Assembly: GCA_023267755.1 (NCBI GenBank)
Contig: JAHFMR010000002.1
Coordinates: forward strand, 42,463 to 106,462
DNA: 64,000 nucleotides
From: a bacterium
GTDB taxonomy: Bacteria; Patescibacteriota; Minisyncoccia; Phycocordibacterales; Phycocordibacteraceae
Reading direction: 5' to 3'
In this document: positions 1 through 9,845 of the stretch, piece after piece
Position numbering within the stretch: the first letter of the stretch is position 1
Layout of the letters: every line of letters starts with the position of its first letter
Position numbers and translations under genes: made by a program
The notes under the pieces: generated by a model
What the model saw: only the letters and a program-made list of their open reading frames with translations
Databases searched by the model: none
Told to the model about the DNA's origin: nothing

Positions 1-335
1 ATCTTTCGCTCGTCGCGATACCTGCAAACCTCATTACGATGCCGGTGGTCCCACTCACGATGGCACTCTCGGCGCTCGCCGGGCTTGCTGGCGTACTCTT
101 CAGCTCCTTCGCCCCGATGCTCGGCACCCTCCTCTCATTCCCAGCGTACCTATTAAATGCGTATCTCATATTTATTGCACAAAATGCGGCAGCGTTACCG
201 CTTGCCGCATTCATACTTCCCGCATTCCCGTTCTGGCTTGTCCTCGCTGCGTATGCGGGACTGATCTACTTCGCTTCTTCAAAACGCTTCTCGATGACCG
301 ACCAATTGAGCGCTGCGAGAAAAGCGTCGATATAG
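1..335 (+). CDS. comEC: ComEC/Rec2 family competence membrane protein, C-terminal part (5'-truncated by window edge)
   Basis: Open frame from the window start reads ...SLVAIPANLITMPVVPLTM..., the typical end of the ComEC Competence domain (N-L-x-x-x-P), followed by hydrophobic helices. Confidence 0.75.
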   Translation, partial: LSLVAIPANLITMPVVPLTMALSALAGLAGVLFSSFAPMLGTLLSFPAYLLNAYLIFIAQNAAALPLAAFILPAFPFWLVLAAYAGLIYFASSKRFSMTDQLSAARKASI

Positions 336-865
336 TTCTTCTTCTCGGCAGGCACATAGTCGACCATATACGCGTGCTCCCAGAGGTCGAGCGCGAGGAT
401 AATCGGGAGGCCCGCGAGTTGGCCAATTTCATGATCCCCGACAAACACTGTGTGAAGTGCCTTACCAATCGCATCATAATAGACAACGACCCAGCCGATA
501 CCGCGGCTACCAGCGACCTCTCTCACGTGCCCAATGAGCCCTCCATCTCCGTATTTCTCCTGTGCAGCTTGGCTTAATGCAGAGTGTTCGCGCTTGGCGG
601 TCGGACCGCCAAGTAACTGCTCGAAGTAATATTCGTGCATACGCATCCCGTCGAATTCAAACGCGAAACGCCGGCGGAGCTCGGCGATTGCAAATTTGTC
701 GCCATCACTCGCCTTATCGCCATACGCTGCATACCCCTTGAGTGTCTCCATAAGGAGATTCACATGCTTCACGTAGCCCTCATAGAGCGCGAGGTGCACC
801 TTCACTTGTTTCTCTGAGATCCCTTCGAGCACAGGTAGATTGAATGTTTTTGCAGTGTATGTCAT
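266..865 (-). CDS. Fe/Mn superoxide dismutase
   Basis: Metal ligands in VHLALYEGYV, MRMHEYYF and DLWEHAY; GIGWVV motif. Start placed at MTYTAK (865). Confidence 0.92.
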   Translation of the reverse strand: MTYTAKTFNLPVLEGISEKQVKVHLALYEGYVKHVNLLMETLKGYAAYGDKASDGDKFAIAELRRRFAFEFDGMRMHEYYFEQLLGGPTAKREHSALSQAAQEKYGDGGLIGHVREVAGSRGIGWVVVYYDAIGKALHTVFVGDHEIGQLAGLPIILALDLWEHAYMVDYVPAEKKNYIDAFLAALNWSVIEKRFEEAK

Positions 866-893
866 AGAGATAAAAGTACCATATACTTTATAT

Positions 894-1346
894 ATGTCTC
901 GCACCGTGCCAACGAGTGTATATGCACTACTTCTTCTTATACTCCTTGGCGTAAATATTTATTTCTACCGGATTATCCTCACGCCGAGTGCTCCGATGGT
1001 GTCAGTACTCCCGGTGGGGAAGGAAAGCGTGGTTCTCATCCGCACACAAGGGAAAACGTTCCTTATCGACACTGGTCCCGATGCGAGCGTCCTCCGCGCG
1101 CTCGGCACGGTGTTGCCGCCCTGGGAGCGGCAGCTCGACGCGGTACTCCTCACCAGCACCAAGAAAGCTTCCATCGGCGGCCTTTCTGCCATCTTCGAGC
1201 GTTACACGGTCTCGCAGCAAATTCCTCTTACTGCGAGTCGTCGTCTCATTATTGCTCCTGATACCTTTATAGATATCGTACTAACACAAAACGCCCTTGC
1301 GGGCGTCTACTTCTCGAACTCGGCTACCACAACGCGGATTAGATAG
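894..1346 (+). CDS. Membrane-anchored, degenerate metallo-beta-lactamase-fold protein (ComEC C-terminal-like)
   Basis: N-terminal TM helix, then VLPVGKESVVLI, FLIDTGPD and LDAVLLT...IGGL as in ComEC MBL domains. The HxHxDH motif is replaced by STKKAS. Confidence 0.65.
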   Translation: MSRTVPTSVYALLLLILLGVNIYFYRIILTPSAPMVSVLPVGKESVVLIRTQGKTFLIDTGPDASVLRALGTVLPPWERQLDAVLLTSTKKASIGGLSAIFERYTVSQQIPLTASRRLIIAPDTFIDIVLTQNALAGVYFSNSATTTRIR

Positions 1347-1581
1347 CTCCCGCCTTCTTAAGCGCAGCAAAGGCGCCGTTCTTCTTAATCGTCTTCAATC
1401 CCTTCATCGAGACATCAACAACGACGGTCTTATTGAGTTCAGGGACAAAAATGCGACGCTTCTGGAGATTGGCCTTGCGGCGAACCTTGCCGGTGGGGTT
1501 AAACTGCGTTGCGCGAACGCGGTTAGAGTACCGCCCGCCAACTTGCGTGCTCTTGCCGGTGATTTCGCAGGCTCGTGCCAT
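1339..1581 (-). CDS. rpmB: 50S ribosomal protein L28
   Basis: MARACEITGK...RRKANLQKRRIFVPEL...KGLKTIKKNG. Confidence 0.95.
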   Translation of the reverse strand: MARACEITGKSTQVGGRYSNRVRATQFNPTGKVRRKANLQKRRIFVPELNKTVVVDVSMKGLKTIKKNGAFAALKKAGAI

Positions 1582-1620
1582 AGTCGTCGCATGGTACCAT
1601 TAGGCCTGCAAACGAGCAAT

Positions 1621-2253
1621 ATGGTCACCTTCTTCTCCATCGCCGTCCTTATCCTCTCTATTATTGTGCACGAGGTCGCCCACGGCTACGCCGCCGACTC
1701 GCTCGGCGACCCTACCGCCCGCCTTGCCGGCCGTCTGACCCTCAATCCGCTCCCGCACATCGATCTGATGGGTTCGATTATCCTCCCCGCACTCCTTACT
1801 TTCACCAGCTCGCCAATTCTCTTCGGCTGGGCAAAACCGGTCCCGTATAATCCGTACAATCTGCAGGCACGCCGTTGGGGCGAGACCCTGGTCGCGCTCG
1901 CAGGCAGCGCGACCAATCTCTTCCTCGCGCTTATCTTCGGGCTACTGGTGCGCTACAGCCAAACACTCGGTCTTGATCAGACCGCACTCTCACTCGCCGT
2001 GACCATCGCCTTCGTCAATCTCTTCCTTGGACTCTTCAATCTCATCCCGTTTCCACCGCTCGACGGCTTCACCGCACTACGCTCTGCACTGCCGTGGCAC
2101 CTCTCGTCTCATCTCACGCGCCTTGAGCACAGTGTTCGTGTGATGGGTCCTGTCTCACTCTTCCTGTTTCTTCTTATTTTCTCCTACCTATTCGCCGGAC
2201 CGTTTTTCAAACTTGTTTTATACATCTTCAATCTACTCACTGGCGGAGCATGA
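1621..2253 (+). CDS. Site-2 protease family (M50) membrane metalloprotease
   Basis: HEVAHG, GRLTLNPLPHID, FGWAKPVP and FNLIPFPPLDG motifs. Confidence 0.93.
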   Translation: MVTFFSIAVLILSIIVHEVAHGYAADSLGDPTARLAGRLTLNPLPHIDLMGSIILPALLTFTSSPILFGWAKPVPYNPYNLQARRWGETLVALAGSATNLFLALIFGLLVRYSQTLGLDQTALSLAVTIAFVNLFLGLFNLIPFPPLDGFTALRSALPWHLSSHLTRLEHSVRVMGPVSLFLFLLIFSYLFAGPFFKLVLYIFNLLTGGA

Positions 2254-2268
2254 GTTATACTTAGGCTG

Positions 2269-2679
2269 ATGGAATACCAGGTGCCGCAGTTCATTGAGGC
2301 CGAAGACAAGATTGTTGGGCCTTTAACCTTGAAGCAATTCATCTACCTCGCTGGCGGATGTGGGCTCTGCGTCGTCTCTTTCCATTTCTTGCCGATTGTT
2401 TTTGCACTTCTTATCTCGGCACTCATCGTAGCCTTTGTTGCTGCGCTTGCATTCTACACAATAAATGGGAAGCCGTTTATTGAAATGGTCGAGGCCGGCT
2501 TTAGTTATTACACACGTGCAAAGCTCTTCCTCTGGCAACATCAGGACCCGAAAATTGCGAAGGAGCCGGTCGCTCCTGCTGCTGTTCACGCACTCCGCGG
2601 GACGCCGAAACTGACGAGAGGGAAGCTCTCCGAGCTCGCGTGGTCGCTCGATATTTCTTCCAAAGGCGGACAAAAATAA
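2269..2679 (+). CDS. PrgI family protein (VirB3-like T4SS component)
   Basis: QVPQFIEAEDKIVGPLTLKQFIYL, two TM helices; lies upstream of a VirB4 ATPase. Confidence 0.85.
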   Translation: MEYQVPQFIEAEDKIVGPLTLKQFIYLAGGCGLCVVSFHFLPIVFALLISALIVAFVAALAFYTINGKPFIEMVEAGFSYYTRAKLFLWQHQDPKIAKEPVAPAAVHALRGTPKLTRGKLSELAWSLDISSKGGQK

Positions 2680-2680
2680 T

Positions 2681-3310
2681 ATGGCTATTACCTCGGCAAA
2701 TGCGACCCAGCAATTCGTCCCGGTCAAAGAGATTCGGAATGGCGTCATCATCCTCAAAGACGGCAGTTATCGCGGCGTGCTCATCTGCTCCTCGGTCAAC
2801 TTCGGATTGAAGTCGGCTGATGAGCAGCACGCTATTACACTTGGCTTCCAGAATTTTCTCAATACGCTCGATTTCTCGATACAAATCACCATCAATTCAC
2901 GACGGATGGATTTGCGCCCTTATCTCGCGTTTCTTGCCGAGAAAGAGCCCGATCAAAAGAGCGAACTGATGCGCATCCAGCTCCGTGAGTATATCGAGTT
3001 CATCCGATCATTTACTGACCAGTTAAATATTATGACAAAGTCCTTTTATGTCATCGTCCCATACGCACCGCACTTCTCTGCCGCAAGCTCTATAGGCTTC
3101 CTCAAACACGATGCCGGTGCGACACATATTGCAGAAAGTTCCTTCGAAGAAGACCGTGCCCAACTTGAACAGCGTCTCTCGCTCGTCGGGGGCGGGCTTG
3201 AGAGCATCGGCGTGCGTGCGGTCCCGCTCGGCACCGAAGAGGTTATTGAGCTTCTGTACCGCTCTTTCAACCCCGGCGAGCTCGAGAATCCTATTCGTCT
3301 CGACAATTGA
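2681..3310 (+). CDS. TraC/VirB4 N-terminal-like T4SS-associated protein
   Basis: SVNFGLKSADEQHAI...FQNFLNTLDFSIQI...KSFYVIVPY; positioned between PrgI and VirB4. Confidence 0.7.
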   Translation: MAITSANATQQFVPVKEIRNGVIILKDGSYRGVLICSSVNFGLKSADEQHAITLGFQNFLNTLDFSIQITINSRRMDLRPYLAFLAEKEPDQKSELMRIQLREYIEFIRSFTDQLNIMTKSFYVIVPYAPHFSAASSIGFLKHDAGATHIAESSFEEDRAQLEQRLSLVGGGLESIGVRAVPLGTEEVIELLYRSFNPGELENPIRLDN

Positions 3311-3311
3311 T

Positions 3312-5129
3312 ATGGCACTCCTCGATTTCCTCAACAAGAAGAAAGAAGAAGCTCCTTCCATCCTGCCGGTATTGCCGAAGGATATCTACAATAAGGGTGC
3401 ACTTGACCTTATCGACACCATCGCCCCGACAGCACTCAAGGTGAGTCCGCGTGAGCTGGAGCTCGGCGAGAAGTTTGTTCGTGCCTTCTACACAATCTCC
3501 TATCCACGCTATCTTTCTGACAGCTGGTTCTCACCGGTCATCAATCTCGATAAAATGCTCGATGTTTCTATCTTCATCCACCCCATAGACACCGAGCAGG
3601 CGTTGCACACCTTTCAGAAGAAGGTCGCTGAATATCAGAGCCAAATTAACGAGCGCGAAGCAAAGGGGCTCGTGCGCGACCCTGCTCTCGACACCGGATA
3701 TCAAGACCTCGAGAGTCTCCGCGACAGCTTGCAACAGGCCCAAGAAAAACTTTTTGACGTCGGGCTGTATCTCGCACTCTACGGCGACACTAAGGAGGAG
3801 ATAGAGAAGACCGAAGGGAACATTCGTGGCCTTCTCGACTCGAAGCTGGTCTACACCAAGCCGGCACTCTTCCAACAAGAGCAAGGCTTCCGTTCTTGCC
3901 TCCCACTCGGCACTGACGAGCTCCTCGTCAACTCCAAGCTGAACTCCTCACCGCTTTCCTCCATCTTCCCCTTTGTTTCCTTCGACCTCACGAGCGACCG
4001 CGGCATTCTCTATGGGATAAACAGACATAATTCTTCGCTCATTCTCTTCGATCGTTTCTCCCTTGAGAACTACAACTCGGTCGTCTTCGCGAAGTCAGGC
4101 TCCGGCAAGAGCTATGCCACTAAGCTTGAGATTATCCGCTCGCTTATGTTCGGTACCGACGTCATCGTCATCGACCCTGAACGCGAATATGAGCAGCTCG
4201 CTGAAGCGACCGGCGGACGCTCGTTCCATATCTCACTCTCCTCCGAGCACCACATCAATCCATTTGACCTTCCGCCGGTGAAGGAAGACGAGGACCCGAA
4301 GGATATTCTGCGTTCTAATATCATCAATCTCGTTGGGCTCTTCCGCATTATGCTCTCCGGTCTCTCGCCAGAAGAAGACGCGATTATTGATCGTGCGGTG
4401 AGCGAGACATATGCGCTTAAGGATATTACTGGCGATACTGACTTTACCGGTGCCGAGCCGCCGCTTCTCTCTGACTTCGAGCAAGTGCTCTCGGGGATGG
4501 AGGGAAGTGCTTCACTCCTCGAACGCCTTTCCAAGTACACCCGCGGCACGTGGGCAGGATTCCTCAATCAACCGACCAATATCGATATCAAGCAACAGTT
4601 TGTGGTCTTCTCGGTGCGCGATATGGAGGATGAACTGAAGCCGATCGCGATGTATATCCTCACGCACTATATCTGGAACGCGGTCCGTCACGAGTTGAAA
4701 AAGCGTCTCCTGATTATCGACGAGGCGTGGTGGATGATGAAGAGTGACGACACCGCAAGCTTCCTCTACAGCCTCGCTAAGCGCGGCCGCAAGTACTATC
4801 TCGGCGTCTGCACGATTACTCAGGACGTCGAAGACTTCCTTAAGAGCCCGTATGGTCGCCCGATTCTTACCAACTCATCGCTCCAACTTCTCTTGAAGCA
4901 GTCGCCCACCACTATCGATGTTCTCCAGAAGACATTCAACCTTACCGACGAGGAGAAGTATCTCCTGCTCGAAGCGGGGGTGGGGGAAGGGCTCTTCTTT
5001 GCCGGACTGAAACACGTCGCTATAAAGGTCGTCGGAAGCTACACCGAGGATCAGATCATCACCTCTGACCCCTCACAGCTCCTCGCGATAAAGAAGGAAA
5101 AGGATCGCCATGCCGCTGAGAAGAGCTAA
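3312..5129 (+). CDS. VirB4-like conjugal-transfer/secretion ATPase
   Basis: Walker A AKSGSGKS, VIVIDPEREY, Walker B IIDEAW, KRGRKY, TITQD. Confidence 0.92.
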   Translation: MALLDFLNKKKEEAPSILPVLPKDIYNKGALDLIDTIAPTALKVSPRELELGEKFVRAFYTISYPRYLSDSWFSPVINLDKMLDVSIFIHPIDTEQALHTFQKKVAEYQSQINEREAKGLVRDPALDTGYQDLESLRDSLQQAQEKLFDVGLYLALYGDTKEEIEKTEGNIRGLLDSKLVYTKPALFQQEQGFRSCLPLGTDELLVNSKLNSSPLSSIFPFVSFDLTSDRGILYGINRHNSSLILFDRFSLENYNSVVFAKSGSGKSYATKLEIIRSLMFGTDVIVIDPEREYEQLAEATGGRSFHISLSSEHHINPFDLPPVKEDEDPKDILRSNIINLVGLFRIMLSGLSPEEDAIIDRAVSETYALKDITGDTDFTGAEPPLLSDFEQVLSGMEGSASLLERLSKYTRGTWAGFLNQPTNIDIKQQFVVFSVRDMEDELKPIAMYILTHYIWNAVRHELKKRLLIIDEAWWMMKSDDTASFLYSLAKRGRKYYLGVCTITQDVEDFLKSPYGRPILTNSSLQLLLKQSPTTIDVLQKTFNLTDEEKYLLLEAGVGEGLFFAGLKHVAIKVVGSYTEDQIITSDPSQLLAIKKEKDRHAAEKS

Positions 5130-5790
5130 GGTCGAGCCTGAGCCGCCGGTGATGACCTGGAGGAAGGCCGCACCTGTCCTCGCAGTAGCGGGCATCTTCG
5201 ACTTCCTGCGTCTCCTCTGTATCTTCTTCTGGTTCCTCGGGCCGGCGCTCGCAGCGATTTACTGCGTTAACAAAGTGAGTGGGTGGGTGGGGTCACTATG
5301 GGGATTAACCGCTACAGTGTGCGCCGCGACGTCTGGTGCCGCTGGCATTGCCGCCTCGGAAATAACCATACCGCTCGGTGCCATTCTCGCTGACGCGGCC
5401 GCCCTCATCGGCTTTCTCACGCTCGGGATGATTATTATTATGAGTAATAAGCGCATTCTGAAAACCGTCACTTCAGCCCCGCTCCAGTTCACCGCGGCCT
5501 TCGGCGTGAGTGCTATTCCTTTTATCGGCTCTGTCTTGCCTGCTTTCACCTTCATCCTCTGGCGACTGTATCGAGGACAGATTCGTGTCGAAAAAGCGGC
5601 CCATAAAAAATGGGGGGAGGAGACGGCTGCTGCCAGAAAGGAGACACGGAATCAGCAACAAGCGCAACTACTTCAGCAGCAGGCAGTCATACAGGCACAG
5701 ACAGCACAAGAGGCGGCCAATGATGAGGCTTTTGCTCAAACAGAAAATGAAGAAAACATATCCCCTGAAGAAGAGCCGTTGGCGGCCTAA
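5110..5790 (+). CDS. Hypothetical membrane protein with Gln/Glu-rich C-terminal tail
   Basis: Several hydrophobic segments; overlaps the VirB4 stop; no recognised motif. Confidence 0.65.
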   Translation: MPLRRAKVEPEPPVMTWRKAAPVLAVAGIFDFLRLLCIFFWFLGPALAAIYCVNKVSGWVGSLWGLTATVCAATSGAAGIAASEITIPLGAILADAAALIGFLTLGMIIIMSNKRILKTVTSAPLQFTAAFGVSAIPFIGSVLPAFTFILWRLYRGQIRVEKAAHKKWGEETAAARKETRNQQQAQLLQQQAVIQAQTAQEAANDEAFAQTENEENISPEEEPLAA

Positions 5791-5819
5791 CCTCCTTGTG
5801 CAGGCTATATACTAGAAGT

Positions 5820-6803
5820 ATGCGTCCGTATCTTCTGTCGGCACTTATTCTCTTGTCGCCCTTTGCCGCCCTCGCACAGCTCGGCGATACGCCGGGGAGT
5901 CTTGATCCTTTCACACTGTCAGTCAGCCCGCAGTATGTGGCCCCCTACAGCCGAGCGACCCTTTTTGTACAATCATCTTCCCTCAATCTCGCTAATGCGA
6001 CGATGGTTGTTACCGTTGCTGGCAAAGACATCTACCAAGGTAGTGTGCAGTCTATCCCTATTCCCGCAGGGAAGGCGGGAGTTGCTATCGTAGTGAGAGT
6101 GAAAATTACGTCCGGCGGCACGCCGTATACACAGACGGTGTCTATCCAGCCCCAGGACGTCTCCATTGTCGTGGAGCCGGTCTCTTCGGCTCCGGTGCTC
6201 TACCCCGGGAAGCCCGCGATACCCGCGGGGGGCAGCTCGCGCATCGTCGCGGTGGCAAATATGCGCACTGCCCGCGGCGCGCCGGTCGACCCGACGACGC
6301 TCTCGTATGCTTGGGCAGTCGATGGAACCCAGATTGAGAACTCCTCCGGCATTGGCAGGTCATCTCTCTTGGTCGCCTCGCCCATTGCCTATCGTTCTCG
6401 CCCGGTCTCGGTCACGGTAACGAACTCAGACAGCACGCTCATCGGCGGTGATTCGACTACCCTCTATGCAAAGGATCCGTCCGTGCGCATCTACGCAAAT
6501 GATCCACTCCTCGGTATCCGCTTTGACCACGCTCTCACGGAGACTTATGCTATCTCCGGTGCAGAAGCCACTCTCTACGCCGCCCCGTTTTCATTCCCGA
6601 CCACCGGCGGCGCTCCGCTCCTCCAGTGGTTCCTTAATGGCGCTGTAGCACAAACAGGCGCTTCTATAACGCTCCGGCCGACTGGAAATGGGCAGGGAGA
6701 CGCCTCACTCTCGCTCACTGCCTCTGCTGGGCAGTCTACGCCGGCGACCGCGAGTCTCTCGCTCATCTTCGGTACCGCAAGCTCTAACTTCCTTGGCCTA
6801 TGA
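5820..6803 (+). CDS. Secreted hypothetical protein with Ig-like beta domains
   Basis: Signal peptide ending AALA/Q; S/T/V/G-rich beta strands with YAWAVDG and QWFLNG. Confidence 0.7.
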   Translation: MRPYLLSALILLSPFAALAQLGDTPGSLDPFTLSVSPQYVAPYSRATLFVQSSSLNLANATMVVTVAGKDIYQGSVQSIPIPAGKAGVAIVVRVKITSGGTPYTQTVSIQPQDVSIVVEPVSSAPVLYPGKPAIPAGGSSRIVAVANMRTARGAPVDPTTLSYAWAVDGTQIENSSGIGRSSLLVASPIAYRSRPVSVTVTNSDSTLIGGDSTTLYAKDPSVRIYANDPLLGIRFDHALTETYAISGAEATLYAAPFSFPTTGGAPLLQWFLNGAVAQTGASITLRPTGNGQGDASLSLTASAGQSTPATASLSLIFGTASSNFLGL

Positions 6804-7450
6804 AACGTCTGACCCTCACTTCTTTTATCCTTTTCCTCCTCTTTACCTCTTTTGCTACGCTCGCACACGCAACAGGGTTCGTCCCGCTCGCTCCTATCTC
6901 TGGCCTCACGACAGTCCAGCCGACAGATGCCGGATTGTCTACCTTCTTCAACAATCTCTACAAATATCTCATCGGCCTTTCCGCGGCACTCGCGGTCATT
7001 ATGATTGTCTGGGGCGGGCTCGAGATCTCTACCCAGGACTCGGTCAGTAAACAGGGGGAGGGGAAAGAGAAGATACGCGGAGCGCTCTTCGGCCTCGCGC
7101 TCGTCCTCTCACCCGTGCTTGTCTTCACCATCATCAACCCCAAGATTTTGAACCTGTCGGTTGGTCTCGAAAAACTTAATGTGAATGCTCCGACGTCAAT
7201 TTTTGGGTCCTTTGGATCTTCCCCTTCATCTAGTCTTATTCCTAGCACCGCAACAAGTGGCCCCTCCTTCCCGCAATCTGAATTCCAGACAAGCTGTTCA
7301 TCATACTCAAATTCAACCAATGAAGTGATAATTGCATCTCTTCCAAAGACTTGCTCCGATTTCAATGGAACATCTATCGCTATGCTTTGTTGTTTCCCGA
7401 ATGGCGGTGTGAATACAACTAATTTCTCATGTTGCGTACACCCGAAATAA
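6800..7450 (+). CDS. TrbC/VirB2-like pilin family protein with Cys-rich C-terminus
   Basis: Signal peptide, then IGLSAALAVIMIVWGG...GKEKIRGALFGLALVL...VFTIINP, the CPR pilin pattern. Confidence 0.75.
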   Translation: MKRLTLTSFILFLLFTSFATLAHATGFVPLAPISGLTTVQPTDAGLSTFFNNLYKYLIGLSAALAVIMIVWGGLEISTQDSVSKQGEGKEKIRGALFGLALVLSPVLVFTIINPKILNLSVGLEKLNVNAPTSIFGSFGSSPSSSLIPSTATSGPSFPQSEFQTSCSSYSNSTNEVIIASLPKTCSDFNGTSIAMLCCFPNGGVNTTNFSCCVHPK

Positions 7451-7455
7451 TTTCT

Positions 7456-8643
7456 ATGCGCCGAACACTTATTATTACCGGAATAGTCGTTGTCATCATC
7501 GGAGTCGGGGTCGCTATTTATTTCCTCTTCTTCGCGAAGCCGGCGATTACTGTCCCCGACACGACTCTTCCTTCTGCGGGGCAGGGGACCCTCCCTTCGG
7601 GGAGCGCTTCGGACGCTACAGCCCCCCAGAGCGGCCCCAAGGCCGTTACTGCGCGCTTGGTTAAGATTAGTGCTGGCCCGGTCGTCCCGGGCGAGGCGGT
7701 CGTTGATAAACGCGGATCCACTGCGAGCTCATCGCCTGAGGTTGTGGTCAATTACATCGAGCGCCAGAGTGGTAATGTCTTTATCTACTCTGAGACTACC
7801 CGGACACTCACTCGCGTCTCCAACAAAACACTCCCGGGTATCCAGTCCGCCGCGTGGCTCTCCGATGGCTCGGCGGCGCTGGTGCGGTATCTCTCGGGCG
7901 CGGACTCCTCCACGATAAACACTTACGCACTCTTCGCGACAAGCTCAGACGGGTTTTTCTTATCCCAAAACCTTACCGATGTCGCTGTCTCTTCGACAAA
8001 CATCCTGACGCTCGCCTCTGGTGTGAACGGTTCTGTCGCCTCACTCTCGAACAAAGACGGTTCCCATTCGGTCTCCATCTTCACTTCGCCGCTCTCTGCC
8101 CTCCGGCTCTCGTATGCGGGGAAGGATCATTATCTCGCTTTCACCAAGCCTTCAAATGCTCTTGCCGGTGGCGCATTTCTTGTTGATACCGCTGGGAATT
8201 TTTCCCGTGTCGGTGGCGCCCACAACGGTCTTGTCGCGCTTGCGAGTCCGAGCGGCAAATGGGTTCTTATCAGCTCGGCCCGCGGAGGCACGATGCAGCT
8301 GGAACTGGTAGACACTACTACCAGTGAGAGTATTGCTCTCCCGGTCGCCACTATCGCGGATAAATGCGTGTGGGCTACTGATGATTCGGCCATCTACTGT
8401 GGTGTTCCGACAACGTCTCCCGCTGGCGCTGTGTATCCTGATGACTGGTATCAGGGTGCGGTGCACTTCTCTGATCGTATCTGGAAGATTCAGGTCGCCG
8501 GCCGCTATGCACAGCTCGTGCTCGATTTTCCAAAGGAGGCCAAGGATGTGTTGGATGCCTGGGCACTTGCGCTCGACCCATCAGAGACGACGCTCGTCTT
8601 TGTTAATAAGAATGATGGCTCTCTCTGGAGCTATTCTCTATAG
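7456..8643 (+). CDS. Membrane-anchored hypothetical protein, probable beta-propeller
   Basis: N-terminal TM, P/T linker, TIADKCVW...IYCGVP...YPDDWYQG...DRIWKI...FVNKNDGSLWSY. Confidence 0.7.
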   Translation: MRRTLIITGIVVVIIGVGVAIYFLFFAKPAITVPDTTLPSAGQGTLPSGSASDATAPQSGPKAVTARLVKISAGPVVPGEAVVDKRGSTASSSPEVVVNYIERQSGNVFIYSETTRTLTRVSNKTLPGIQSAAWLSDGSAALVRYLSGADSSTINTYALFATSSDGFFLSQNLTDVAVSSTNILTLASGVNGSVASLSNKDGSHSVSIFTSPLSALRLSYAGKDHYLAFTKPSNALAGGAFLVDTAGNFSRVGGAHNGLVALASPSGKWVLISSARGGTMQLELVDTTTSESIALPVATIADKCVWATDDSAIYCGVPTTSPAGAVYPDDWYQGAVHFSDRIWKIQVAGRYAQLVLDFPKEAKDVLDAWALALDPSETTLVFVNKNDGSLWSYSL

Positions 8644-9366
8644 GCCGTCCGTGACAAGCCGGCGGCGGACATAGAGCTCTTGCAGTGAACCGGCAAGGTT
8701 CGTGGTGATAAAGTAGAGCGCGATAGCACTCGAGGTGGTGTAGGAAATAGTTCCGATGAGGAAGGGAAATACATATTTCAGCTGCATTCCCATCACTTTC
8801 TGAAAATCGTTCTGAACTCCTTTTGTGTCCGAAGGCTTCATCGTACCTGAGAGCGAGAGGTGTGCCTGGAGGAATTGGGTGAGGCCCGCAATAACCGCAA
8901 GAATAAGGCTCTTTCCGGCGACCGAGAGAATCCCGAGGAATTCGAGCGACACGAGATGTGGAAGGGGTGTGGCTGTATAGAGCCGGGCGGTATTGATAGT
9001 CGAGAATGGCTCGTAGAGGAAGACAAAATAGAGCGCGAGGAGGACGGGGATCTGGATAAATGCCGAGAGAATACTGACAAACGGGTTCACCTGCGCTTCG
9101 CGGTAGAGATCGAGTGTCTCGAGCGCTTCTTTTTCCTTATCACCCTTATGCTTCTCTTTCAGTTCTTTTATCTTGGGCTCCAGTATCTTTATCGCTCGTT
9201 GAGTGCGTGCTGCAGAGAGTGAGAAAGGGAGCAGAATGAGCCTGATGATTATCGTGAGGATGATAACCGCGACTCCCACATCGCCCCCGGGGACGAGCGC
9301 GACGAGCGCGACGAGCGTGTTATAGATCGGGTTATAAAAAAAGGAGTTGAAGAGAGAAGAGATCAC
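8638..9366 (-). CDS. yidC: YidC/Oxa1 membrane protein insertase (short form)
   Basis: AVIILTIIIRLILLP, IQIPVLLALY, AIALYF; canonical position after rnpA. Confidence 0.92.
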   Translation of the reverse strand: MISSLFNSFFYNPIYNTLVALVALVPGGDVGVAVIILTIIIRLILLPFSLSAARTQRAIKILEPKIKELKEKHKGDKEKEALETLDLYREAQVNPFVSILSAFIQIPVLLALYFVFLYEPFSTINTARLYTATPLPHLVSLEFLGILSVAGKSLILAVIAGLTQFLQAHLSLSGTMKPSDTKGVQNDFQKVMGMQLKYVFPFLIGTISYTTSSAIALYFITTNLAGSLQELYVRRRLVTDGL

Positions 9367-9383
9367 AAGGGTATTGTACGTTA

Positions 9384-9695
9384 TTAACGAATTTTAGAAA
9401 GAATATCGGCGAGTTCTGCTTGTATATCCTGATAAGACATCCGTGCAACGGTCGCGCGCGGGAAGAGGATAAGGGCGGCAGGGAGAAGTGGAGTAGCACG
9501 GAGTACTGAGAGAATCTGGCGTTTTATCCTGTGCCGTGTCACCGAAAGCCGCGCAATCTTCTTGGGCACCACTACCGCGTACCCCGTAGCTGCTGCGGGG
9601 ATGATGGCCGTAAAATTGGCTGAGGAGAGTCGCTTCCCCGCAGAGAGCGCCGCAGGGAAGGATGCTCGAGAAAATCTTCTCCGACGAGGAAACAC
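9384..9695 (-). CDS. rnpA: Ribonuclease P protein component
   Basis: AVVVPKKIARLSVTRHRIKR (RNR-like motif); between rpmH and yidC. Confidence 0.88.
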   Translation of the reverse strand: MFPRRRRFSRASFPAALSAGKRLSSANFTAIIPAAATGYAVVVPKKIARLSVTRHRIKRQILSVLRATPLLPAALILFPRATVARMSYQDIQAELADILSKIR

Positions 9696-9701
9696 AGTAC
9701 C

Positions 9702-9845
9702 CTAGACGGACGTTGTAAGACTCTTTCGTCCGACACGCCGACGGCCCTGGACAATCTTGCGGCCAGAGGCTGTTTTGCTCCGAGTAAGGAAGCCGTGCGT
9801 CTTAGCACGCTTCCTTTTCTTCGGCTGATAGGTCATTTTCGCCAT
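9702..9845 (-). CDS. rpmH: 50S ribosomal protein L34 (below ORF-track cutoff)
   Basis: Manual translation gives [47 protein letters not shown]. Confidence 0.95.
   Translation of the reverse strand: MAKMTYQPKKRKRAKTHGFLTRSKTASGRKIVQGRRRVGRKSLTTSV

Noticed and set aside
9292-9317. Tandem 9-mer (GACGAGCGC)x3
   Set aside because: In-frame coding repeat (LVALVALV) in a YidC hydrophobic segment.
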